Assembly: GCA_902763155.1 (NCBI GenBank)
Contig: CACWQS010000007.1
Coordinates: 3,184 to 67,183, forward strand
Length of the DNA stretch: 64,000 nt
Origin: an uncultured Pseudomonadota bacterium
GTDB lineage: Bacteria; Pseudomonadota; Alphaproteobacteria; RF32; CAG-239
Reading direction: 5' to 3'
The notes below the pieces were generated by a model. That model had not been told where the DNA came from and searched no databases. It worked only from the letters and a program-made list of their open reading frames with translations. Position numbers and translations under genes: made by a program. This document shows, in pieces, positions 31,427 to 42,091 of this stretch (position 1 is its first letter; every line of letters starts with the position of its first letter).

Positions 31427-33358
31427 TTATTCGAAACGATGCGGCATTTCCGCTTCTTTTTGCATTTGCTTTACAAACTCATCAAGCGACATCGTTTCTT
31501 GTTTTTCGCTACCTAAACGGCGAATGGTTACAGTACGATTTTCCTTTTCTTTAGCACCAACAACCACAATTACCGGTATTTTTGATAGCGAATGTTCGCG
31601 CACTTTATAGTTAATCTTTTCGTTACGCAAATCAGTATCGGCATTTAAGCCCGCTTTTTTCAAAGTTTCAGCCACTTCGGTTGCATAGCCGTCAAACTCG
31701 CTCACAATCGGCGCCACCATAGCTTGAACCGGTGATAACCAAAGCGGCAATTTACCGGCATGATGTTCAATCAAAATACCCAAAAAGCGTTCAATCGAAC
31801 CGAACAATGCACGGTGCAACATTACCGGCTGATGCTTTTCTCCGTCTTCGCCGATATATGAAATATCAAAACGTTGCGGTAAGTTCATATCTACTTGAAT
31901 GGTTCCACATTGCCATTCACGGCCGATGGCATCGCGTAAGATAAATTCCAGTTTCGGACCATAGAATGCCCCTTCGCCCGGATTGATTTCGTATTCATAA
32001 CCATGTTTTTCCAAAGCGTGCGCCAACGAATTTTCGCACAAATCCCAAATTTCATCAGAACCGATACGATATATGCTATCCGGTCTGGTTGAAAGATAAA
32101 TTTTCACTTTATCGAAGCCGAAATCTTTATAAATATCGAAAATCAGCTTCATTGTGCGAATACATTCTTCTTCCATTTGCTCCGGTGTGCAGAAAATATG
32201 CGCATCATCTTGGGTAAATTCGCGTACCCGCATCAATCCCATCAGCGAACCGGAAGCTTCATAACGATTAACTTTACCAAATTCGGCCATGCGGAGCGGC
32301 AAATCACGATAAGACTTAACACCTTGTTTATAGACAAGCAATCCACCTGGGCAATTCATCGGTTTAACGCAGAACATACTGCCGTCTTCCATTTGTCCCG
32401 AGTAGTTATGCGCACCGTATTTATCCCAGTGACCCGAAGTCTCCCATAAAACGCGATTCATAATGCGTGGCGTTTCAATTTCAATATACCCGTTATGTTC
32501 TTGACGATTACGCATATATTCTATCAATTTGCGATAGATACGGAAACCTTTGTCATGCCAAAAAACCGCTCCCGGAGCATAATCCGGCTCAAAATGGAAC
32601 AAATCCATTTCTTTACCAAGCTTACGATGGTCACGCTTTGCCGCTTCTTCCATCATGGTAATATAAGCGTCCAAATCTTTTTTGTTAGCCCATGCCGTTG
32701 CATAAATACGTTGCAACATTTCGTTGTTAGCATCTCCGCGCCAATACGCCCCTGCCACTTTCATCAATTTAAATGCATCACCAACTTTACTTGTTGACGG
32801 CACATGCGGACCGCGGCATAAATCGGTATAATTTCCTTGACGATAAAGCGTAATTGTTTCATCTTCCGGCAAATCTTCAATAATTTGAACCTTGTAGCTT
32901 TCCCCCTTATCTTTAAAGAATTTGATTGCCTCATTGCGCGGCATAACGATTCGCTCGATTTTTTCATCGCGCTTTACGATTTCATGCATTTTTGCTTCAA
33001 TTTTCACAAAATCTTCAGTCGTAAACGGTTCTTTGCGTGCAAAATCGTAATAGAAACCATTTTCGATAGCCGGACCGATAGTCACTTGCGTATCCGGCCA
33101 AAGTTCTTGAACAGCCTCGGCCATAATATGGGCACAAGAGTGACGCAAAATGTGTAAACCGTCAGCGTCTTTGGCGGTGATGATAGTGAGTGTAGAATCG
33201 GTTGTTATAGGGGTTGTTAAATCTTGCAATGTATCATTGACTTTGACTGCCAATGCCGCTTTTGCTAATCCTGAACTGATTTTCTCGGCAATTTCCAAAC
33301 CGGAAACACCGTCTTTTTCTTCCATAATACTGCCATCAGGCAATTTAATTTTAACCAT
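31427..33358 (-). CDS. thrS: Threonine--tRNA ligase
   Basis: TGS domain, LRHSCAH, DLCRGPH, KPMNCP, RVREFTQDDAHIF, GAFYGPK. Confidence 0.98.
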   Translation of the reverse strand: MVKIKLPDGSIMEEKDGVSGLEIAEKISSGLAKAALAVKVNDTLQDLTTPITTDSTLTIITAKDADGLHILRHSCAHIMAEAVQELWPDTQVTIGPAIENGFYYDFARKEPFTTEDFVKIEAKMHEIVKRDEKIERIVMPRNEAIKFFKDKGESYKVQIIEDLPEDETITLYRQGNYTDLCRGPHVPSTSKVGDAFKLMKVAGAYWRGDANNEMLQRIYATAWANKKDLDAYITMMEEAAKRDHRKLGKEMDLFHFEPDYAPGAVFWHDKGFRIYRKLIEYMRNRQEHNGYIEIETPRIMNRVLWETSGHWDKYGAHNYSGQMEDGSMFCVKPMNCPGGLLVYKQGVKSYRDLPLRMAEFGKVNRYEASGSLMGLMRVREFTQDDAHIFCTPEQMEEECIRTMKLIFDIYKDFGFDKVKIYLSTRPDSIYRIGSDEIWDLCENSLAHALEKHGYEYEINPGEGAFYGPKLEFILRDAIGREWQCGTIQVDMNLPQRFDISYIGEDGEKHQPVMLHRALFGSIERFLGILIEHHAGKLPLWLSPVQAMVAPIVSEFDGYATEVAETLKKAGLNADTDLRNEKINYKVREHSLSKIPVIVVVGAKEKENRTVTIRRLGSEKQETMSLDEFVKQMQKEAEMPHRFE

Positions 33359-33375
33359 TTTTTTCTACCTTTTCA

Positions 33376-34539
33376 CTATTTGTTTTTGTTATTTTGATTC
33401 ATGAGTTCCTCATAAACCTTGATTGTTTTATCACACATTATTTGTTTTGTAAAATGTTCTTTTACATTTTTTATCGCTGCTGCGCCGATTTTTTCTTTTT
33501 CATCTTTGGAAAGATGCAACGCCCAGCGTATGGCAGCCGCTAAATCGTCGGCATTTCCGCTTTCAAATAGCTTACCGGTCACGCCGTCAATCACCGTTTC
33601 TTTCGAACCGCCGATGTTAGAAGCTACCACAATCCGTCCCATAGCTTGCCCTTCGATGGCAATTCGTCCGAATGCTTCCGGTTCTATTGAGGTGGAAAGC
33701 ACAACCTCCGAAAGCATCATTGCTGCCGGAACATCACTCACATGGCGAATGAAGGTATATCTGTCGCTCATTCCATATTCTTCTATCATTTGTCGCAATT
33801 CTTCGGTATATTTCACCCTACCCTGATCATCTCCAATTAAAAGACAATGAAAATCTTCATCTTTAATCTTACTTAAAGCAGTAGCGAGCAATTTCTGTCC
33901 TTTCCAATTAGTCAGACGCCCAATCAGCGTGACTAGAGGTTTATCCTCCGGAATATTAAATTCTTCCATAAGTTTAATCATCCGCTCGGCGGTTGTGGTT
34001 TCCACATTAAAATTTTCCATATTAACACAGCGCGAAATCAAGCGAATTTTACTCTCATCCGTACCGTAATTTTTGATTATATGCTCCTTAATATGATTAG
34101 AAATGGCAATTACCCGCTCACCGAATGTCATGACCTTGTTATAAATCTTTTTAATTCCCCAAGGTCCTAACCCATAAGTTCCATGAAAGGTGGTCATATA
34201 ATGCACACCGCAACGTTTGGCTGCCCAATAGGCACTCCATGCCGGAGCTCTCGAACGTGCATGCACAATGGTTACGCCATAGTCTTTAATAATTTTAGAC
34301 AGACGCCAAGAGTTAATATATAATTTGAAAATATTTTTCGTTTTAAGCGGTAATGTAAAATGCTTAACCTTCATACGTTCCAAGTTAAAAGCCATACGCC
34401 CACCGGCTGAAGCTACATAATTTTCAATGCCTCGTTTTTGCAGTTCCGATGCAATTTCTATGGTGCCAAGCTCAACCCCTCCTTGATTAAGCTCCGGTAA
34501 AACTTGCAACACCACCATTTTCTTTTCTTTATTTTCCAT
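33376..34539 (-). CDS. Glycosyltransferase family 4
   Basis: LQVLPELNQGGVE, HARSRAPAW, PEAFGRIAIEGQAMG (EX7E). Confidence 0.92.
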   Translation of the reverse strand: MENKEKKMVVLQVLPELNQGGVELGTIEIASELQKRGIENYVASAGGRMAFNLERMKVKHFTLPLKTKNIFKLYINSWRLSKIIKDYGVTIVHARSRAPAWSAYWAAKRCGVHYMTTFHGTYGLGPWGIKKIYNKVMTFGERVIAISNHIKEHIIKNYGTDESKIRLISRCVNMENFNVETTTAERMIKLMEEFNIPEDKPLVTLIGRLTNWKGQKLLATALSKIKDEDFHCLLIGDDQGRVKYTEELRQMIEEYGMSDRYTFIRHVSDVPAAMMLSEVVLSTSIEPEAFGRIAIEGQAMGRIVVASNIGGSKETVIDGVTGKLFESGNADDLAAAIRWALHLSKDEKEKIGAAAIKNVKEHFTKQIMCDKTIKVYEELMNQNNKNK

Positions 34540-34703
34540 TTTGACCTCAAAATATGTTCAAATTTAAGCGCATTTTATCTTATTTATGAGCTTTTTTCAA
34601 AGTTTGAGGAGTGGTTATGCACAAGTCCAATGAACATAAACATTTACATCATCAATAATACGTGTTACTCAAAATCAAAATATCATAAAAAAGGAAATTA
34701 AAT

Positions 34704-35690
34704 ATGTCAAAACCTGCTATCAGTATAATTATACCTATATATAATGTTGAAAAGTTTTTACCGCAGACTCTGTCCAGTGTGCAAAACCAGACATTTACCA
34801 ATTTTGAAGCAATTTGTGTTAATGACGGCAGTCCCGATAATAGTTTGGATATAATAAAACAATTTATGAAAAATGATTCTCGTTTTAAACTGATAGATCA
34901 ACCTAACAGCGGAGTTTCAGTAGCCAGAAATGCCGGAATAAGAATGGCTGCAGGTAACTATATTATGTTTTTAGACGGCGATGACTATTTGCATCCTCAA
35001 GCTATGGAATTTGCTTATAATACAATTGAAAAATCTAATGTAGATATTTGTAATTTTGGTTATGAAGAAGTCAATGAAGATGAAAAAACAGAATTTCCAC
35101 TTTTAATACCTTATGATTATAGAATTCTTCCCGATGTTTTTTTGAAATATTTGAAAAGAGAATTTTCCCCTGTCGTAATGGTTTGGAACAAAATTTATAA
35201 AGCCAAGTTTGTAAAACAAACTCCATTTAAACCATATCACCCAGGAGAAGATGATGTTTGGACGTTTGAAATATTAGCAAAAATTAAAAAATTTGCTACT
35301 TTTGAAAATAAACTGGTCTATTACGTGCAAAATTCAAAATCTGTTATGCACCGAATATCTGAAGAAAGACTTATAAGCAATTACGTAGCTTATACATGCG
35401 AAATATCTGCTTCAACTAAACAAATGATTGAAAGTGAAAAATATGCTGACTTGCGTGATAATTTAATCCATTTCCTTAACGATTGTCATCGTGAAGTATT
35501 TAAGAACCTTATTTTGAAGCCATTAAAACTGAAGATGGATATTAATATTATTAAGAATAATTTTACCAAATACCAACAATACATCAACTTGCATCAAGAG
35601 TATCTCAAACCCCTGAAGTTTAAGCGTCGCTTAACTATTTGGCTTTTGCGACAAAAATATTATACGCTTGCGCAATTGCTGACAAAATGA
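34704..35690 (+). CDS. Glycosyltransferase family 2
   Basis: ISIIIPIYNVEKFL, VNDGSPD, GVSVARNAG, FLDGDD. Confidence 0.92.
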   Translation: MSKPAISIIIPIYNVEKFLPQTLSSVQNQTFTNFEAICVNDGSPDNSLDIIKQFMKNDSRFKLIDQPNSGVSVARNAGIRMAAGNYIMFLDGDDYLHPQAMEFAYNTIEKSNVDICNFGYEEVNEDEKTEFPLLIPYDYRILPDVFLKYLKREFSPVVMVWNKIYKAKFVKQTPFKPYHPGEDDVWTFEILAKIKKFATFENKLVYYVQNSKSVMHRISEERLISNYVAYTCEISASTKQMIESEKYADLRDNLIHFLNDCHREVFKNLILKPLKLKMDINIIKNNFTKYQQYINLHQEYLKPLKFKRRLTIWLLRQKYYTLAQLLTK

Positions 35691-35692
35691 TA

Positions 35693-36622
35693 TCAGTTTA
35701 TTTTGCAAATGGTTTTTAGGACAGGAATTCCAAACAAATAATATTTTTTACTACCTGTTTTTTGTCGAACTTTCCAAAACGGAATATGTTTAAATAGTCT
35801 GATGTCGGTGACAATGTTTTTATTTTTGTCGGATATCTTAGTAAAAACAGGCACGCCACAAATGCAAACTTCATGAGTGTTAGTATAATATTTTGCTATT
35901 GGTAAAAGATTAAACAAACACACAGATTTAAACGCATGATATTGCTGCTGTTCCAGTTCTTGCGGAGTATATTTATGTTTGTTCTCCAAGAAAAACAGAA
36001 CGTCAGGTTTCACCCAGCTGGCATTCCACCAATGGATTGTATGGGTATTTTCTTTTATACATTCCGGAGTGAATGTTTCTTTATTATCAGCAAAAGGATT
36101 AAACGGATAAAAATATTCCGGTGCATATAATTTAACATCCGAATACTGATTTCTACTATATAATTCAGTCATAATAGTCGGGATAGTATATAACGGACTT
36201 TTAAAAATCTCATTATGATAAAAATCAAGCATATCTTTCATAAATTTATGATATTTAACGCATCCCATAACAGCACCGTTAAAACACTTTTCATCTTCAT
36301 ATCCGGCAAAAAAATTATCATTCAATAATGAAGATATATCCTTAACCACTGTAATATCCGTATCAAAATAGACACCTCCGTGTTCATATAGAGCTTGGCA
36401 GCGAACGTAATCTGCCACATAAGCCCACATCTTGCGATCATACACCATTTTGAACCACAAACACTCTTTGTAAGCTTTGGAAAAATCAAAATAAGATGAA
36501 TGCTCATTTAGTTCTATTATTTCATAACCCGGTAATTTTTCACGCCAATTTTGAATGCATATATTTACCATTGACGGCTTTTTTCCACCAAACCATACAT
36601 AAAAAATCCGCTTTGGTATCAT
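35693..36622 (-). CDS. Glycosyltransferase family 32 (DXD / capsular polysaccharide synthesis type)
   Basis: MIPKRIFYVWFGG, ADYVR, GGVYFDTD, IHWWNASW; C-terminal LFxxP repeats. Confidence 0.9.
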   Translation of the reverse strand: MIPKRIFYVWFGGKKPSMVNICIQNWREKLPGYEIIELNEHSSYFDFSKAYKECLWFKMVYDRKMWAYVADYVRCQALYEHGGVYFDTDITVVKDISSLLNDNFFAGYEDEKCFNGAVMGCVKYHKFMKDMLDFYHNEIFKSPLYTIPTIMTELYSRNQYSDVKLYAPEYFYPFNPFADNKETFTPECIKENTHTIHWWNASWVKPDVLFFLENKHKYTPQELEQQQYHAFKSVCLFNLLPIAKYYTNTHEVCICGVPVFTKISDKNKNIVTDIRLFKHIPFWKVRQKTGSKKYYLFGIPVLKTICKIN

Positions 36623-36798
36623 AATCAGTGCCTCTTAACATAGTCAAACAGTTTTTTATTATACTATGTTGTATTTTTTGTTATGTAAATAATAATCTTT
36701 TCAATATCCCTTACAAAAAACCACCAACCTACCCTTTAAAATATGTAATTCGGTTATATATGAGTTTGCGTAACAATCATAGAAAAAGGAATAACAAT

Positions 36799-39700
36799 AT
36801 GTTGAAATATAGTAAATCTGCATTAGGACTATTAAATAATCAGTATCGCAGCATTTTGAAAAAATGTATGTTGTTGAATTTGGGATTATTTGCGCTTTCT
36901 CTGCCGGCAAAAGCCGAAATTTCGGAAATTACGGCAGATAATTTAAATACTTTGACTTCACCTAAAGTAGAATGGGAAGGACCGCAAACCGATATACCAT
37001 TAACCGAATCTTTTATTGTGGTAGACCAAGAAGGTTCTGAACAATTTTATATTTACGATTATACCAACGTTGATGATTATGAAGAAACATCAACTAATGT
37101 GGACGGCGATTTTACCGAAGAAGATGTTACGGGTAAAGTATTTACCGGCTATGAAGCCCAAAATGGCGAATATGGCGCCATCTATATAGCCGAAACAAAC
37201 ACCAACGCTACCGATATTACCTCTGATTTTGTTAAAAACAGTGTGGCCGCAACAACAAATGTCAGCGGTGCTTCTATTTTCAATCAGGGAATTGTCGGAG
37301 ATATCACCGGCGACTTTGTCGGCAATACGGTTGATGTTGAAACCGAAATTTTAACTGCCGGCGGCGCAGCAATACGTAACTATGAAACTGCCGGTAATGT
37401 TATCGGTAATTTTGTTGATAACGGCGCTTCGGCTCCCGAAGGATTAGCCTTTGGCGGCGCTATTTTAAACCTCAGTAACAATATTACCCACGCCGTTGTC
37501 ACAGATGGTACAAATACTGTTTTAGGCAATATAGAAGGTAACTTTATCGGCAATACGGTTGAAGACAGCGAACTTGTTGCCGGCGGTGCTATTCTAAACG
37601 CGGCAAATGTGGCTGAAACTGACGTTTCTATCGGTGATATTACCGGTGATTTTGTCGCCAATTATGCCTTAACCAACGGCACAGCCTTAGGTGGCGCAAT
37701 TGCTAATATTGTTGATTCAACCATGGAAACCGCGACAACTTCAATCAGTACCATAACGGGTGATTTTATCGATAATAATGTTGAGGGTGATGTAAATGCT
37801 TTCGGTGGCGCTGTTTATAATGCTCTTGGCGGCACAAACACAAACGCTGTTGCTTCCATTGAAGCTCTTGACGGAAATTTCACACAAAACTATGCTCGGT
37901 CATCAAACGGCGATGCCTTAGGCGGTGCTGTGTATAATGCCAATCCGGTTAATACAACACCTTTAGAAACACCATTTAACCCTGTTGCAAATACTTCAAC
38001 CGGAAGCTCTGCAATTATTGATTCTATCAGTGGTAACTTCACCGACAACTATGTGGAAGCAAACAGCGGTGACGCTTTTGGTGGCGCTATTTATAACGAA
38101 GCTTATGAAGCAAGCGAGGCAGATACGGCTGTTATTTCTTCCGTAAGCGGCGAATTTAGCGGCAACTATGCCATGTCTGAAGATGGTAATGCTGCCGGCG
38201 GTGCCATTTATAATACCGGCACCATAGGTGAAGCTGTTGAACCTGTTGCCGATGCAGAATCCGTTGCCGGCATTGTTAATTCTTCATTTATGGAAAACTA
38301 TGCTAAATCAACCGGCGGAACGGCATTCGGCGGGGCTATCGCTACCAGCCAAAATCTGACGCTAACGGCTCAAGACGGCTTTGAATCGGTTATCAGCGGC
38401 AACTATGTTGAAGATGGTAACGGTGAGCGCGAAGAAGCGATTACAGCCTTCAAACTGGCTGAAACAGATGAAGCACCAACTTTGACATTTACGGCTTTAA
38501 GCGATGGTAATTTCACCATAGATGATAAAATTACCGGTATTGAAGGATATAAGGTCGTCTTTAACGGTGATGAAACAGGTATTGTTAATTTGAACAACAC
38601 CATTGCCACCAACTATGCGTTGACAAATGGTAATATTGAATACACCGGCGACCAAATGGGCGTTGATGTCAATGTTGAAAACGTTACCTTGAAGCTTGGG
38701 GATGTTGAAGCTCTGACTGCCAACAATTTAACCTTAAATAATGCGACTTTAGATGTTATTAACGACACCATTGACGACATTGTTCTCGGTTCAATCAACA
38801 CGACAGACGGTGCAACCGGTAATTTAGCCATAGATATTGACTTGGAGCAAAATGTTGCCGATACATTCACTGTTTCATCTGCAAGCGCCGGAACATATAA
38901 CTTCAAAGATATGAACGTTCTCGGTCTGCCAACCGAAGAAGGTGCTTTTGAGGTAGAAATTTTCAAAGCAACTGAAGCTGCATCTTTAACCGATTTGGTA
39001 ATGAATACCTATGACGCCATCTACAGTAACATGGATCAAATTATCTTAGAGCAAGGAACCGGTGATAAAATAGGTTATTTGCTTTATGACTATACCAAAG
39101 GCGAACACACCTTAAATGATGCGGTTGCGTTTGAAGAAGGTGACAGACAATATAATATGAACACCGACGAAGATGTGGCCGAAGATTTAGGTGTTATGGG
39201 CGGCGAAAACTCGACTTTAGCCATCAATGGTAACGGATACGCTATCAACGGTAATGGTTTTGAGGGTATTACCGTTGGCGATGGCCAAACATTGGAATTG
39301 AACAACATTCAAGACATGAATGGTTTTGATCCGGCGGCTGTTGCCATTGAAGAAGGAGGAACCGCCAGCATTGCCGACAGCACATTCAGTGATAACTATT
39401 CTGATGTTGTTAATGACGGCACTTTGAATTTGAGCGGTAACAACGTTTTCAATGATGGTATTGAAGGCGACGGAACAATGCTCATCAGCGACGGCACTTC
39501 AACATTCAATGCCGATGTTGACCAAAGCATCATCATTGTCGGTAACGAACAAACACCGCAAGCCAAAGCAACCGATTCGATTATGGATATCGGCACAAAT
39601 ATGGTAACCGCTGATGACATCAGCTTTATCAACGGCTCAACTTTAGCCTTAACGGTTAACAGTGCTGAAGAATATGGTTCGGTGATTGCTCAAAATATTA

Positions 39701-41001
39701 CAGTTGAAACCGGAGCAAAATTACAAGCCACATTGGCACAAGGTATTATTCAAACTCAACCGGTTACATTGCAATTATTGAGCGCTGAAAATACCGACTT
39801 CAATAACTTTACAGATAGTTTTGACAACCAAATGTATAAGTTTGAAAAAGTTGATAAAAACGGTGCTTACAAAATTTCATTGGCTAAAACAGCGGCTCAG
39901 GTTTCTGCTGAAAACGGCGGCACACAAAATAACCAAAACACAGCAGCTGCATGGGCAGACGGCGGTTTGTTTGCCAATGCCGGAGAACAGGCTCTTGCCA
40001 ACAAAATTTCGGCAACAGCACAAAATAATCCGAAAGAGCTGAATGCTAATCTGACTGCTTTGGCGCCAAATGATGCACCGGTTGTTCAAAACACCACGGT
40101 TGTTTTACAAAATCACTTATATGAAGCTGTTGGCACTCACTTACGGGAAGAAAGCTTAGGCCGTCGTAACGGCGGACGTTCTTCGGGCGATATGTATGCC
40201 GATAAAGAGCTGTGGATTGCCGGCTACATGGGGCATAACAAGTTGCAAAACCATGGCGGCCACTACGGATTTAAGGGTGATACATACGGTGCTGTGATTG
40301 GTATGGACGGCAAAATTTCGCCGCACTCCAAACTCGGTATCGGTTACCAATACGACTATACAAAGGTTGATGCCTTCAACCGCGACACAAAAGTTGATAC
40401 GCACACCGGTTTCTTGTATGGTGAATATAAACCAAGCCAATGGTTTATGAATGGAGTTGCCTCTTACGGCTATTCAACTTATAAAGATAAAAAGTCGGCA
40501 TTCGGCGGGCGTTATCATGGCAAATATCATGCAGATTTATACGGTTTGCAAGGTTTGGTCGGATATGAACATGTTGGCCAATATATGAATGTGACGCCGC
40601 AAATGGGCTTAAGATACAGCTATATCAAACGTCACGGCTATGTTGACGGCGCCGGTCAGGATATTTCCGGCAAAAATATGGATATCTTCACAGGTATTGC
40701 CGGTTTGAAGTTCAGTAAAGACCTTTATTACAATATGAACTGCAACGTGATGCGTCCGGAATTGTATTTGGGGTTAAGCTACGACTTTGTCAGCGACCAT
40801 GATGCGGCTGTTGTCGGCTTGGGTAACGGTTCAACCTACGTTATTAACGGCAAACGTTTAGACCGTATGGGCTATGACGTTGGCGCCGGTATCACCACCG
40901 AGCTCAATGACCATTGGAATATGAATATCGGTTACATGGGTAATTTCCGTGATCGTTATCAAAACCATTCCGGCACCATTGGCCTGAGCTACGCTTTTTA
41001 A
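36799..41001 (+). CDS. Autotransporter adhesin with Pmp-like FxxN/GGA(I/V) repeats
   Basis: ATG 36799 after AAGGA; extended signal peptide ending PAKA; about 10 FxxN motifs alternating with GGA(I/V); C-terminal beta-barrel ending GLSYAF. Confidence 0.9.
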   Translation: MLKYSKSALGLLNNQYRSILKKCMLLNLGLFALSLPAKAEISEITADNLNTLTSPKVEWEGPQTDIPLTESFIVVDQEGSEQFYIYDYTNVDDYEETSTNVDGDFTEEDVTGKVFTGYEAQNGEYGAIYIAETNTNATDITSDFVKNSVAATTNVSGASIFNQGIVGDITGDFVGNTVDVETEILTAGGAAIRNYETAGNVIGNFVDNGASAPEGLAFGGAILNLSNNITHAVVTDGTNTVLGNIEGNFIGNTVEDSELVAGGAILNAANVAETDVSIGDITGDFVANYALTNGTALGGAIANIVDSTMETATTSISTITGDFIDNNVEGDVNAFGGAVYNALGGTNTNAVASIEALDGNFTQNYARSSNGDALGGAVYNANPVNTTPLETPFNPVANTSTGSSAIIDSISGNFTDNYVEANSGDAFGGAIYNEAYEASEADTAVISSVSGEFSGNYAMSEDGNAAGGAIYNTGTIGEAVEPVADAESVAGIVNSSFMENYAKSTGGTAFGGAIATSQNLTLTAQDGFESVISGNYVEDGNGEREEAITAFKLAETDEAPTLTFTALSDGNFTIDDKITGIEGYKVVFNGDETGIVNLNNTIATNYALTNGNIEYTGDQMGVDVNVENVTLKLGDVEALTANNLTLNNATLDVINDTIDDIVLGSINTTDGATGNLAIDIDLEQNVADTFTVSSASAGTYNFKDMNVLGLPTEEGAFEVEIFKATEAASLTDLVMNTYDAIYSNMDQIILEQGTGDKIGYLLYDYTKGEHTLNDAVAFEEGDRQYNMNTDEDVAEDLGVMGGENSTLAINGNGYAINGNGFEGITVGDGQTLELNNIQDMNGFDPAAVAIEEGGTASIADSTFSDNYSDVVNDGTLNLSGNNVFNDGIEGDGTMLISDGTSTFNADVDQSIIIVGNEQTPQAKATDSIMDIGTNMVTADDISFINGSTLALTVNSAEEYGSVIAQNITVETGAKLQATLAQGIIQTQPVTLQLLSAENTDFNNFTDSFDNQMYKFEKVDKNGAYKISLAKTAAQVSAENGGTQNNQNTAAAWADGGLFANAGEQALANKISATAQNNPKELNANLTALAPNDAPVVQNTTVVLQNHLYEAVGTHLREESLGRRNGGRSSGDMYADKELWIAGYMGHNKLQNHGGHYGFKGDTYGAVIGMDGKISPHSKLGIGYQYDYTKVDAFNRDTKVDTHTGFLYGEYKPSQWFMNGVASYGYSTYKDKKSAFGGRYHGKYHADLYGLQGLVGYEHVGQYMNVTPQMGLRYSYIKRHGYVDGAGQDISGKNMDIFTGIAGLKFSKDLYYNMNCNVMRPELYLGLSYDFVSDHDAAVVGLGNGSTYVINGKRLDRMGYDVGAGITTELNDHWNMNIGYMGNFRDRYQNHSGTIGLSYAF

Positions 41002-41042
41002 GCACATACATATTATTATAAAATAAACCTGTTAGAACAAAG

Positions 41043-41075
41043 ATACCGGTTGGATTATCCCAGCCGGTATTTTTT
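41043..41075 (+). terminator. Autotransporter terminator
   Basis: ataccggttgg-attatc-ccagccggtat followed by T-tract. Confidence 0.8.
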
Positions 41076-41128
41076 CTTGACAACTTCTATCGGTAAAAAT
41101 ATCCTTGCCTTAATAAAAGGAGTAAATA

Positions 41129-41704
41129 ATGAATTTTGTAATTTATGATACCGAATATACCACTTGGGAGGGCGCGATGGCGCGCCATTGGTATGGCAAA
41201 GATGAATATAAGGAAATTATCCAAATCGGTGCGCTTAAAATCAGCTATCCGGAATTTAAAGTGGTGGATAGCCTCTCGCTTTTCATTAAGCCGCAAAAAA
41301 ATCCCATTCTCTCCGACTATTGCAAAAATTTAACCGGAATTACTCAACAAGATGTTGATAACGGATTATCATTTGAACAAGGCTTAAAGCGTTTTCTTGA
41401 TTTTGTCGGCGATAACTTGGTCGGTTCTTACGGCAACGATTGTTGTGTTATGGCAGAAAATACCGCACTGATTAAGGCAAATCCCCTCACCTTATATGGA
41501 GCAAATTTCATCAATTTACGCTTTTGGATTAACCGCTTCAATCCGGCTACTTCCGGTATAAATTCCGGTCATTTATGGCACTTGGTTCCTGAGCCGCATA
41601 TTTTTGAGCATACTCGTGAACACGATGCATTATGCGATTGTTACTCTATTGCTGAAATGCTACATTATATACACGACCAAAAGCACCCGCTTCCGTTTAT
41701 ATAG
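41129..41704 (+). CDS. DEDDh 3'-5' exonuclease (ERI-1/KapD-like)
   Basis: YDTEYT, EIIQIGA, LTGITQ, HDALCDC; promoter TTGACA-17-TATCCT at 41077-41105. Confidence 0.85.
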   Translation: MNFVIYDTEYTTWEGAMARHWYGKDEYKEIIQIGALKISYPEFKVVDSLSLFIKPQKNPILSDYCKNLTGITQQDVDNGLSFEQGLKRFLDFVGDNLVGSYGNDCCVMAENTALIKANPLTLYGANFINLRFWINRFNPATSGINSGHLWHLVPEPHIFEHTREHDALCDCYSIAEMLHYIHDQKHPLPFI

Positions 41705-41709
41705 TTCGA

Positions 41710-42069
41710 TTATTTTCCGCTTTTCCTGTGTAACTGGCTACGTACCGTTTGTACGTAGTTATAATTGCGAAAAGAATCATACGCGTGATCAAAACTATCG
41801 GAGCCGTAAATATAAAACACCTTATTTGCCAGTCCTTTGATTGCTGTCTCTATTGTTTCAAATGCTTGATTAAACTCTTCATCAAAATTATTATTGCGCT
41901 TGCGTTTTTGCATAATATCATGATACGCGCCAATTGCTTCTATGGTTTTATTGGCATAATCTCCGGCATTTTTTTGTGCAAAAAAGTGCATCAGTTTGAC
42001 CGTTGTCTGGTAAAAACATTTGTTAACTAAAATATTTCGCTGCTTCTGATTATTACCGTCAACAATCAT
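41710..42069 (-). CDS. Hypothetical protein
   Basis: 119 aa ORF with GGAGG RBS, directly downstream of mlaC. Confidence 0.6.
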   Translation of the reverse strand: MIVDGNNQKQRNILVNKCFYQTTVKLMHFFAQKNAGDYANKTIEAIGAYHDIMQKRKRNNNFDEEFNQAFETIETAIKGLANKVFYIYGSDSFDHAYDSFRNYNYVQTVRSQLHRKSGK

Positions 42070-42091
42070 AAAACCGATGTTGGTTACCTCC

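Noticed and set aside
36628-36798. N-terminal extension of the autotransporter in the ORF track
   Set aside because: AT-rich divergent promoter region; the RBS and signal peptide fit ATG 36799.
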